In this document: positions 40,901 to 53,760 of the stretch, piece by piece | Position numbering within the stretch: the stretch's first letter is position 1 | How the letters are laid out: the number at the start of each line of letters is the position of its first letter | Source: the human T2T-CHM13v2.0 reference genome, Homo sapiens | Direction: 5' to 3' (one strand) | Length of the DNA stretch: 64,000 bases | NCBI RefSeq assembly: GCF_009914755.1 | Contig: NC_060933.1 | The notes under the pieces: generated by a model | The model's database searches: none | Told to the model about the DNA's origin: nothing | What the model saw: only the letters and a program-made list of their open reading frames with translations | Translations under genes and position numbers: made by a program

Positions 40901-43900
40901 GGAAGTGGACGTTTGGAGCGCTTTGAGGCCTATGTTGAAAAAGGAAATATCTTCCCATAAAAACTAGACAGAAGCATTCTCAGAAACTTGTTTGTGATGT
41001 GTGTATTCAACTAACAGAGATGAACCTTTCTTTTTACAGAGCAGTTTTGAAACACTCTTTTTGTGGAATCTGAAAGTGGATATTTGGATAGCTTTGAGGA
41101 TTTCGTTGGAAACGGGATTACATATAAAACCTAGAGAGAAGCATTCTCAGGAACTTCTTTGTGATGTTTGCATTCAAGTCACAGAACTGAACATTCCCTT
41201 TCATAGAGCAGGTTTGAAACACTCTTTCTGTAGTATCTGCAAGCTGACGTTTCAAGCGCTTTCAGGCCTATGGTGAGAAAGGAAATATCTTCAAGTAAAA
41301 ACTAGACAGAAGCATTCTCAGAAACTTATTTGCGATGTGTGTTCTCAACTAACAGAGTTGAACCTTTGTTTTGATATGGCATTTTGGAAACACTCTTTTT
41401 GTAGAATCTGCAGGTGGATATTCGGATAGCTTTGAAGGTTTCGTTGGAAACGGGAATATCTTCATATAAAATCTAGACGGAAGCATTCTCAGAAACTGCT
41501 TTGTGATGTTTTCATTCAAGTCACACAGTAGAATGTTCCCTGTTATATACCAGGTTTGAGACACTCTTTCTGCACTACCTGGAAGTGGACATTTGCAGCG
41601 CTTTGAGGCCTATGATGAAAAAGGAAATATCTTCCCATAAAAACTAGACAGAAGCATTCTCAGAAACTTGTTTTTGATGTGTGTATTCAACTAACAGAGA
41701 TGAACCTTTCTTTTTACAGAGCAGTTTTGAAACACTCTTTTTGTGGAATCTGAAAGTGGATATTTGGATAGCTTTGAGGATTTCGTTGGAAACGGGATTA
41801 AATATAAAATCTAGAGAGAAGCATTCTCAGGAACTTCTTTGTGATGTTTGCATTCACGTCACAGAACTGAACATTCCCTTTCATAGAGCATGTTTGAAAC
41901 ACTCTTTCTGTAGTATCTGCAAACGGACATTTCAAACGCTTTCAGGCCTATGGTGAGAAAGGAAATATCTTCAAATAAAAACTAGACAGAAGCATTCTCA
42001 GAAACTTATTTGCGATGTGTGTCCTCAACTAACAGAGTTGAACCTTTCTTTTGATACAACATTTTGGAAACACTCTTTTTGTAGAATCTGCAAGTGGATA
42101 TTTGAATAGCTTTGAAGGTTTCGTTGGAAACGGGAATATCTTCATATAAAATCAAGACAGAAGCATTCTCAGAAACTTCTCTGTGATGTTTGCATTCAAC
42201 TCATAGAGTTGAACACTTCCCTTCATACAGCAGGTTTGAAACACTCTTTTTGTAATATTTGGAAGTGGACATTTGCAGCGCTTTGAGGCCTATGATGAAA
42301 AAGGTAATATCTTCCCATAAAAACTAGACAGAAGCATTCTCAGAAACTTGTTTGTGATGTGTGTATTCAACTAACAGAGATGAACCTTTCTTTTTACAGA
42401 GCAGTTTTGAAACACTCTTTTTGTGGAATCTGAAAGTGGATATTTGGATAGCTTTGCGGATTTCGTTGGAAACGGGATTACATATAAAACCTAGAGAGAA
42501 GCATTCTCAGGAACATCTTTGCGATGTTTGCATTCAAGTCACAGAACTGAACATTCCCTTTCATAGAGCAGGTTTGAAACACTCTTTCTGTAGTATCTGC
42601 AAGCTGACGTTTCAAGCGCTTTCAGGCCTATGGTGAGAAAGGAAATTTCTTCAAGTAAAAACTAGACAGAAGCATTCTCAGAAACTTATTTGCGATGTGT
42701 GTTCTCAACTAACAGAGTTGAACCTTTGTTTTGATATGGCATTTTGGAAACACTCTTTTTGTAGAATCTGCAGGTGGATATTCGGATAGCTTTGAAGGTT
42801 TCGTTGGAAACGGGAATATCTTCATATAAAATCTAGACGGAAGCATTCTCAGAAACTGCTTTGTGATGTTTTCATTCAAGTCACAGAGTAGAATGTTCCC
42901 TGTTATATACCAGGTTTGAGACACTCTTTCTGCACTACATGGAAGTGGACGTTTGGAGCGCTTTGAGGCCTATGTTGAAAAAGGAAATATCTTCCCATAA
43001 AAACTAGACAGAAGCATTCTCAGAAACTTGTTTGTGATGTGTGTATTCAACTAACAGAGATGAACCTTTCTTTTTACAGAGCAGTTTTGAAACACTCTTT
43101 TTGTGGAATCTGAAAGTGGATATTTGGATAGCTTTGAGGATTTCGTTGGAAACGGGATTACATATAAAATCTAGAGAGAAGCATTCTCAGGAACTTCTTT
43201 GTGATGTTTGCATTCACGTCACAGAACTGAACATTCCCTTTCATAGAGCATGTTTGAAACACTCTTTCTGTAGTATCTGCAAACGGACATTTCAAACGCT
43301 TTCAGGCCTATGGTGAGAAAGGAAATATCTTCAAATAAAAACTAGACAGAAGCATTCTCAGAAACTTATTTGCGATGTGTGTCCTCAACTATCAGAGTTG
43401 AACCTTTCTTTTGATACAACATTTTGGAACCACTCTTTTTGTAGAATCTGCAAGTGGATATTTGAATAGCTTTGAAGGTTTCGTTGGAAACGGGAATATC
43501 TTCATATAAAATCAAGACAGAAGCATTCTCAGAAACTTCTCTGTGATGTTTGCATTCAACTCATAGAGTTGAACACTTCCCTTCATACAGCAGGTTTGAA
43601 ACACTCTTTTTGTAATATTTGGAAGTGGACATTTGCAGCGCTTTGAGGCCTATGATGAAAAAGGAAATATCTTCCCATAAAAACTAGACAGAAGCATTCT
43701 CAGAAACTTGTTTGTGATGTGTGTATTCAACTAACAGAGATGAACCTTTCTTTTTACAGAGCAGTTTTGAAACACTCTTTTTGTGGAATCTGAAAGTGGA
43801 TATTTGGATAGCTTTGCGGATTTCGTTGGAAACGGGATTACATATAAAATCTAGGGAGAAGCATTCTCAGGAACTTCTTTGTGATGTTTGCATTCAAGTC

Positions 43901-46900
43901 ACAGAACTGAACATTCCCTTTCATAGAGCAGGTTTGAAACACTCTTTCTGTAGTATCTGCAAGCGGACGTTTTAAGCGCTTTCAGGCCTGTGGTGAGAAA
44001 GGAAATATCTTCAAATAAAAACTAGACAGAAGCATTCTCAGAAACTTATTTGCGATGTGTGTCCTCAACTAACAGAGTTGAACCTTTCTTTTGATACAAC
44101 ATTTTGGAAACACTCTTTTTGTAGAATCTGCAAGTGGATATTTGGATAGCTTTGAAGGTTTCGTTGGAAACGGGAATATCTTCATATGAAATCAAGACAG
44201 AAGCATTCTCAGAAACTTCTCTGTGATGTTTGCATTCAACTCATAGAGTTGAACACTTCCCTTCATACAGCAGGTTTGAAACACTCTTTTTCTAATATTT
44301 GGAAGTGGACATTTGCAGCGCTTTGAGGCCTATGTTGAAAAAGGAAATATCTTCTCCTAAAAACCAGACAGAAGCATTCTCAGAAACTTCCTTGTGATGT
44401 GTGTACTCAAGTAACAGAGTTGAACCTTCCTTTTGACAGAGCAGTTTTGAAGCACTCTTTTTGTAGAATCTGCAAGTGGATATTTTGATACCTTTGAGGA
44501 TTTCGTTGGACACGGGATATCTTCATATAAAATCTAGACAGAAGCATTCTCAGAAACTTCTTTGTGCTGTATGTCCTCAATTAACAGAGTTGAACCTTTG
44601 TGTGGATACAGCATTTTGGAAACATTCCTTTAGTAGAATCTGCAAGTTGATATTTAGATAGCTAGGAAGATTTCCTTGGAAACGGGAATATCTTCATATA
44701 AAATCTAGACGGAAGCATTCTCAGAAAGTGCTTTGTGATGTTTGCATTCAAGTCACAGAGTTGAATATTCCCTTTTATAGAGCAGGTTTGAAACACTCTT
44801 TCTGCACTACCTGGAAGTGGACATTTGGAGCGCTTTGAGGCCTATGTTGAAAAAGGAAATATCTTCCCATAAAAACTAGACAGAAGCATTCTCAGAAACT
44901 TGTTTGTGATGTGTGTATTCAACTAACAGAGATGAACCTTTCTTTTTACAGAGCAGTTTTGAAACACTCTTTTTGTGGAATCTGAAAGTGGATATTTGGA
45001 TAGCTTTGAGGATTTCGTTGGAAACGGGATTACATATAAAACCTAGAGAGAAGCATTCTCAGGAACTTCTTTGTGATGTTTGCATTCAAGTCACAGAACT
45101 GAACATTCCCTTTCATAGAGCAGGTTTGAAACACTCTTTCTGTAGTATCTGCAAGCTGACGTTTCAAGCGCTTTCAGGCCTATGGTGAGAAAGGAAATAT
45201 CTTCAAGTAAAAACTAGACAGAAGCATTCTCAGAAACTTATTTGCGATGTGTGTTCTCAACTAACAGAGTTGAACCTTTGTTTTGATATGGCATTTTGGA
45301 AACACTCTTTTTGTAGAATCTGCAGGTGGATATTCGGATAGCTTTGAAGGTTTCGTTGGAAACGGGAATATCTTCATATAAAATCTAGACGGAAGCATTC
45401 TCAGAAACTGCTTTGTGATGTTTTCATTCAAGTCACAGAGTAGAATGTTCCCTGTTATATACCAGGTTTGAGACACTCTTTCTGCACTACCTGGAAGTGG
45501 ACATTTGCAGCGCTTTGAGGCCTATGATGAAAAAGGAAATATCTTCCCATAGAAACTAGACAGAAGCATTCTCAGAAACTTGTTTTTGATGTGTGTATTC
45601 AACTAACAGAGATGAACCTTTCTTTTTACAGAGCAGTTTTGAAACACTCTTTTTGTGGAATCTGAAAGTGGATATTTGGATAGCTTTGAGGATTTCGTTG
45701 GAAACGGGATTACATATAAAATCTAGAGAGAAGCATTCTCAGGAACTTCTTTGTGATGTTTGCATTCACGTCACAGAACTGAACATTCCCTTTCATAGAG
45801 CATGTTTGAAACACTCTTTCTGTAGTATCTGCAAACGGACATTTCAAACGCTTTCAGGCCTATGGTGAGAAAGGAAATATCTTCAAATAAAAACTAGACA
45901 GAAGCATTCTCAGAAACTTATTTGCGATGTGTGTCCTCAACTAACAGAGTTGAACCTTTCTTTTGATACAACATTTTGGAAACACTCTTTTTGTAGAATC
46001 TGCAAGTGGATATTTGAATAGCTTTGAAGGTTTCGTTGGAAACGGGAATATCTTCATATAAAATCAAGACAGAAGCATTCTCAGAAACTTCTCTGTGATG
46101 TTTGCATTCAACTCATAGAGTTGAACACTTCCCTTCATACAGCAGGTTTGAAACACTCTTTTTGTAATATTTGGAAGTGGACATTTGCAGCGCTTTGAGG
46201 CCTATGATGAAAAAGGAAATATCTTCCCATAAAAACTAGACAGAAGCATTCTCAGAAACTTGTTTGTGATGTGTGTATTCAACTAACAGAGATGAACCTT
46301 TCTTTTTACAGAGCAGTTTTGAAACACTCTTTTTGTGGAATCTGAAAGTGGATATTTGGATAGCTTTGCGGATTTCGTTGGAAACGGGATTACATATAAA
46401 ATCTAGGGAGAAGCATTCTCAGGAACTTCTTTGTGATGTTTGCATTCAAGTCACAGAACTGAACATTCCCTTTCATAGAGCAGGTTTGAAACACTCTTTC
46501 TGTAGTATCTGCAAGCGGACGTTTTAAGCGCTTTCAGGCCTGTGGTGAGAAAGGAAATATCTTCAAATAAAAACTAGACAGAAGCATTCTCAGAAACTTA
46601 TTTGCGATGTGTGTCCTCAACTAACAGAGTTGAACCTTTCTTTTGATACAACATTTTGGAAACACTCTTTTTGTAGAATCTGCAAGTGAATATTTGGATA
46701 GCTTTGAAGGTTTCGTTGGAAACGGGAATATCTTCATATGAAATCAAGACAGAAGCATTCTCAGAAACTTCTCTGTGATGTTTGCATTCAACTCATAGAG
46801 TTGAACACTTCCCTTCATACAGCAGGTTTGAAACACTCTTTTTCTAATATTTGGAAGTGGACATTTGCAGCGCTTTGAGGCCTATGTTGAAAAAGGAAAT

Positions 46901-49336
46901 ATCTTCTCCTAAAAACCAGACAGAAGCATTCTCAGAAACTTCCTTGTGATGTGTGTACTCAAGTAACAGAGTTGAACCTTCCTTTTGACAGAGCAGTTTT
47001 GAAGCACTCTTTTTGTAGAATCTGCAAGTGGATATTTTGATACCTTTGAGGATTTCGTTGGACACGGGATATCTTCATATAAAATCTAGACAGAAGCATT
47101 CTCAGAAACTTCTTTGTGCTGTATGTCCTCAATTAACAGAGTTGAACCTTTGTGTGGATACAGCATTTTGGAAACATTCCTTTAGTAGAATCTGCAAGTT
47201 GATATTTAGATAGCTAGGAAGATTTCCTTGGAAACGGGAATATCTTCATATAAAATCTAGACGGAAGCATTCTCAGAAAGTGCTTTGTGATGTTTGCATT
47301 CAAGTCACAGAGTTTTATATTCCCTTTTATAGAGCAGGTTTGAAACACTCTTTCTGCACTACCTGGAAGTGGACATTTGGAGCGCTTTGAGGCCTATGTT
47401 GAAAAAGGAAATATCTTCCCATAAAAACTAGACAGAAGCATTCTCAGAAACTTGTTTGTGATGTGTGTATTCAACTAACAGAGATGAACCTTTCTTTTTA
47501 CAGAGCAGTTTTGAAACACTCTTTTTGTGGAATCTGAAAGTGGATATTTGGATAGCTTTGAGGATTTCGTTGGAAACGGGATTACATATAAAACCTAGAG
47601 AGAAGCATTCTCAGGAACTTCTTTGTGATGTTTGCCTTCAAGTCACAGGACTGAACATTCCCTTTCATAGAGCAGGTTTGAAACACTCTTTCTGTAGTAT
47701 CTGCAAGCTGACGTTTCAAGCGCTTTCAGGCCTATGGTGAGAAAGGAAATATCTTCAAGTAAAAACTAGACAGAAGCATTCTCAGAAACTTATTTGAGAT
47801 GTGTGTTCTCAACTAACAGAGTTGAACCTTTGTTTTGATATGGCATTTTGGAAACACTCTTTTTGTAGAATCTGCAGGTGGATATTCGGATAGCTTTGAA
47901 GGTTTCGTTGGAAACGGGAATATCTTCATATAAAATCTAGACGGAAGCATTCTCAGAAACTGCTTTGTGATGTTTTCATTCAAGTCACAGAGTAGAATGT
48001 TCCCTGTTATATACCAGGTTAGAGACACTCTTTCTGCACTACCTGGAAGTGGACATTTGCAGCGCTTTGAGGCCTATGATGAAAAAGGAAATATCTTCCC
48101 ATAAAAACTAGACAGAAGCATTCTCAGAAACTTGTTTGTGATGTGTGTATTCAACTAACAGAGATGAACCTTTCTTTTTACAGAGCAGTTTTGAAACACT
48201 CTTTTTGTGGAATCTGAAAGTGGATATTTGGATAGCTTTGAGGATTTCGTTGGAAACGTGATTACATATAAAATCTAGAGAGAAGCATTCTCAGGAACTT
48301 CTTTGTGATGTTTGCATTCACGTCACAGAACTGAACATTCCCTTTCATAGAGCATGTTTGAAACACTCTTTCTGTAGTATCTGCAAGCGGACGTTTTAAG
48401 CGCTTTCAAGCCTGTGGTGAGAAAGGAAATATCTTCAAATAAAAACTAGACAGAAGCATTCTCAGAAACTTATTTGCGATGTGTGTCCTCAACTAACAGA
48501 GTTGAACCTTTCTTTTGATACAACATTTTGGAAACACTCTTTTTGTAGAATCTGCAAGTGGATATTTGGATAGCTTTGAAGGTTTCGTTGGAAACGGGAA
48601 TATCTTCATATGAAATCAAGACAGAAGCATTCTCAGAAACTTCTCTGTGATGTTTGCATTCAACTCATAGAGTTGAACACTTCCCTTCATACAGCAGGTT
48701 TGAAACACTCTTTTTCTAATATTTGGAAGTGGACATTTGCAGCGCTTTGAGGCCTATGTTGAAAAAGGAAATATCTTCTCCTAAAAACCAGACAGAAGCA
48801 TTCTCAGAAACTTCCTTGTGATGTGTGTACTCAAGTAACAGAGTTGAACCTTCCTTTTGACAGAGCAGATTTGAAGCACTCTTTTTGTAGAATCTGCAAG
48901 TGGATATTTTGATACCTTTGAGGATTTCGTTGGACACGGGATATCTTCATATAAAATCTAGACAGAAGCATTCTCAGAAACTTCTTTGTGCTGTATGTCC
49001 TCAATTAACAGAGTTGAACCTTTGTGTGGATACAGCATTTTGGAAACATTCCTTTAGTAGAATCTGCAAGTTGATATTTAGATAGCTAGGAAGATTTCCT
49101 TGGAAACGGGAATATCTTCATATAAAATCTAGACGGAAGCATTCTCAGAAAGTGCTTTGTGATGTTTGCATTCAAGTCACAGAGTTGAATATTCCCTTTT
49201 ATAGAGCAGGTTTGAAACACTCTTTCTGCACTACCTGGAAGTGGACATTTGGAGCGCTTTGAGGCCTATGTTGAAAAAGGAAATATCTTCCCATAAAAAC
49301 TAGACAGAAGCATTCTCAGAAACTTGTTTGTGATGT
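28921..49336 (+). repeat. Tandem duplication of a 10,208 bp (60-monomer) block
   Basis: Identical 12-module order and many shared rare variants at an offset of 10,208 bp. Confidence 0.92.
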
Positions 49337-52300
49337 GTGTATTCAACTAACAGAGATGAACCTTTCTTTTTACAGAGCAGTTTTGAAACACTCTTTTTGT
49401 GGAATCTGAAAGTGGATATTTGGATAGCTTTGAGGATTTCGTTGGAAACGGGATTACATATAAAACCTAGAGAGAAGCATTCTCAGGAACTTCTTTGTGA
49501 TGTTTGCATTCAAGTCACAGAACTGAACATTCCCTTTCATAGAGCAGGTTTGAAACACTCTTTCTGTAGTATCTGCAAGCTGACGTTTCAAGCGCTTTCA
49601 GGCCTATGGTGAGAAAGGAAATATCTTCAAGTAAAAACTAGACAGAAGCATTCTCAGAAACTTATTTGCGATGTGTGTTCTCAACTAACAGAGTTGAACC
49701 TTTGTTTTGATATGGCATTTTGGAAACACTCTTTTTGTAGAATCTGCAGGTGGATATTCGGATAGCTTTGAAGGTTTCGTTGGAAACGGGAATATCTTCA
49801 TATAAAATCTAGACGGAAGCATTCTCAGAAACTGCTTTGTGATGTTTTCATTCAAGTCACAGAGTAGAATGTTCCCTGTTATATACCAGGTTTGAGACAC
49901 TCTTTCTGCACTACCTGGAAGTGGACATTTGCAGCGCTTTGAGGCCTATGATGAAAAAGGAAATATCTTCCCATAAAAACTAGACAGAAGCATTCTCAGA
50001 AACTTGTTTTTGATGTGTGTATTCAACTAACAGAGATGAACCTTTCTTTTTACAGAGCAGTTTTGAAACACTCTTTTTGTGGAATCTGAAAGTGGATATT
50101 TGGATAGCTTTGAGGATTTCGTTGGAAACGGGATTACATATAAAATCTAGAGAGAAGCATTCTCAGGAACTTCTTTGTGATGTTTGCATTCACGTCACAG
50201 AACTGAACATTCCCTTTCATAGAGCATGTTTGAAACACTCTTTCTGTAGTATCTGCAAACGGACATTTCAAACGCTTTCAGGCCTATGGTGAGAAAGGAA
50301 ATATCTTCAAATAAAAACTAGACAGAAGCATTCTCAGAAACTTATTTGCGATGTGTGTCCTCAACTAACAGAGTTGAACCTTTCTTTTGATACAACATTT
50401 TGGAAACACTCTTTTTGTAGAATCTGCAAGTGGATATTTGAATAGCTTTGAAGGTTTCGTTGGAAACGGGAATATCTTCATATAAAATCAAGACAGAAGC
50501 ATTCTCAGAAACTTCTCTGTGATGTTTGCATTCAACTCATAGAGTTGAACACTTCCCTTCATACAGCAGGTTTGAAACACTCTTTTTGTAATATTTGGAA
50601 GTGGACATTTGCAGCGCTTTGAGGCCTATGATGAAAAAGGAAATATCTTCCCATAAAAACTAGACAGAAGCATTCTCAGAAACTTGTTTGTGATGTGTGT
50701 ATTCAACTAACAGAAATGAACCTTTCTTTTTACAGAGCAGTTTTGAAACACTCTTTTTGTGGAATCTGAAAGTGGATATTTGGATAGCTTTGCGGATTTC
50801 GTTGGAAACGGGATTACATATAAAATCTAGGGAGAAGCATTCTCAGGAACTTCTTTGTGATGTTTGCATTCAAGTCACAGAACTGAACATTCCCTTTCAT
50901 AGAGCAGGTTTGAAACACTCTTTCTGTAGTATCTGCAAGCGGACGTTTTAAGCGCTTTCAGGCCTGTGGTGAGAAAAGAAATATCTTCAAATAAAAACTA
51001 GACAGAAGCATTCTCAGAAACTTATTTGCGATGTGTGTCCTCAATTAACAGAGTTGAACCTTTCTTTTGATACAACATTTTGGAAACACTCTTTTTGTAG
51101 AATCTGCAAGTGAATATTTGGATAGCTTTGAAGGTTTCGTTGGAAACGGGAATATCTTCATATGAAATCAAGACAGAAGCATTCTCAGAAACTTCTCTGT
51201 GATGTTTGCATTCAACTCATAGAGTTGAACACTTCCCTTCATACAGCAGGTTTGAAACACTCTTTTTCTAATATTTGGAAGTGGACATTTGCAGCGCTTT
51301 GAGGCCTATGTTGAAAAAGGAAATATCTTCTCCTAAAAACCAGACAGAAGCATTCTCAGAAACTTCCTTGTGATGTGTGTACTCAAGTAACAGAGTTGAA
51401 CCTTCCTTTTGACAGAGCAGTTTTGAACCACTCTTTTTGTAGAATCTGCAAGTGGATATTTTGATACCTTTGAGGATTTCGTTGGACACGGGATATCTTC
51501 ATATAAAATCTAGACAGAAGCATTCTCAGAAACTTCTTTGTGCTGTATGTCCTCAATTAACAGAGTTGAACCTTTGTGTGGATACAGCATTTTGGAAACA
51601 TTCCTTTAGTAGAATCTGCAAGTTGATATTTAGATAGCTAGGAAGAGTTCCTTGGAAACGGGAATATCTTCATATAAAATCTAGACGGAAGCATTCTCAG
51701 AAAGTGCTTTGTGATGTTTGCATTCAAGTCACAGAGTTGAATATTCCCTTTTATAGAGCAGGTTTGAAACACTCTTTCTGCACTACCTGGAAGTGGACAT
51801 TTGGAGCGCTTTGAGGCCTATGTTGAAAAAGGAAATATCTTCCCATAAAAACTAGACAGAAGCATTCTCAGAAACTTGTTTGTGATGTGTGTATTCAACT
51901 AACAGAGATGAACCTTTCTTTTTACAGAGCAGTTTTGAAACACTCTTTTTGTGGAATCTGAAAGTTGATATTTGGATAGCTTTGAGGATTTCGTTGGAAA
52001 CGGGATTACATATAAAACCTAGAGAGAAGCATTCTCAGGAACTTCTTTGTGATGTTTGCCTTCAAGTCACAGGACTGAACATTCCCTTTCATAGAGCAGG
52101 TTTGAAACACTCTTTCTGTAGTATCTGCAAGCTGACGTTTCAAGCGCTTTCAGGCCTATGGTGAGAAAGGAAATATCTTCAAGTAAAAACTAGACAGAAG
52201 CATTCTCAGAAACTTATTTGAGATGTGTGTTCTCAACTAACAGAGTTGAACCTTTGTTTTGATATGGCATTTTGGAAACACTCTTTTTGTAGAATCTGCA

Positions 52301-53760
52301 GGTGGATATTCGGATAGCTTTGAAGGTTTCGTTGGAAACGGGAATATCTTCATATAAAATCTAGACGGAAGCATTCTCAGAAACTGCTTTGTGATGTTTT
52401 CATTCAAGTCACAGAGTAGAATGTTCCCTGTTATATACCAGGTTAGAGACACTCTTTCTGCACTACCTGGAAGTGGACATTTGCAGCGCTTTGAGGCCTA
52501 TGATGAAAAAGGAAATATCTTCCCATAAAAACTAGACAGAAGCATTCTCAGAAACTTGTTTGTGATGTGTGTATTCAACTAACAGAGATGAACCTTTCTT
52601 TTTACAGAGCAGTTTTGAAACACTCTTTTTGTGGAATCTGAAAGTGGATATTTGGATAGCTTTGAGGATTTCGTTGGAAACGGGATTACATATAAAATCT
52701 AGAGAGAAGCATTCTCAGGAACTTCTTTGTGATGTTTGCATTCACGTCACAGAACTGAACATTCCCTTTCATAGAGCATGTTTGAAACACTCTTTCTGTA
52801 GTATCTGCAAGCGGACGTTTTAAGCGCTTTCAAGCCTGTGGTGAGAAAGGAAATATCTTCAAATAAAAACTAGACAGAAGCATTCTCAGAAACTTATTTG
52901 CGATGTGTGTCCTCAACTAACAGAGTTGAACCTTTCTTTTGATACAACATTTTGGAAACACTCTTTTTGTAGAATCTGCAAGTGGATATTTGGATAGCTT
53001 TGAAGGTTTCGTTGGAAACGGGAATATCTTCATATGAAATCAAGACAGAAGCATTCTCAGAAACTTCTCTGTGATGTTTGCATTCAACTCATAGAGTTGA
53101 ACACTTCCCTTCATACAGCAGGTTTGAAACACTCTTTTTCTAATATTTGGAAGTGGACATTTGCAGCGCTTTGAGGCCTATGTTGAAAAAGGAAATATCT
53201 TCTCCTAAAAACCAGACAGAAGCATTCTCAGAAACTTCCTTGTGATGTGTGTACTCAAGTAACAGAGTTGAACCTTCCTTTTGACAGAGCAGTTTTGAAG
53301 CACTCTTTTTGTAGAATCTGCAAGTGGATATTTTGATACCTTTGAGGATTTCGTTGGACACGGGATATCGTCATATAAAATCTAGACAGAAGCATTCTCA
53401 GAAACTTCTTTGTTCTGTATGTCCTCAATTAACAGAGTTGAACCTTTGTGTGGATACAGGATTTTGGAAACATTCCTTTAGTAGAATCTGCAAGTTGATA
53501 TTTAGATAGCTAGAAAGATTTCCTTGGAAACGGGAATATCTTCATATAAAATCTAGACGGAAGCATTCTCAGAAAGTGCTTTGTGATGTTTGCATTCAAG
53601 TCACAGAGTTGAATATTCCCTTTTATAGAGCAGGTTTGAAACACTCTTTCTGCACTACCTGGAAGTGGACATTTGGAGCGCTTTGAGGCCTATGTTGAAA
53701 AAGGAAATATCTTCCCATAAAAACTAGACAGAAGCATTCTCAGAAACTTGTTTGTGATGT
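44913..53760 (+). repeat. Tandem duplication of a 4,424 bp (26-monomer) block A-B-C-A-C'
   Basis: Shared markers gtgaatat, tttgagatg, ggttagagac and ttcaagcctg at an offset of 4,424 bp. Confidence 0.8.
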
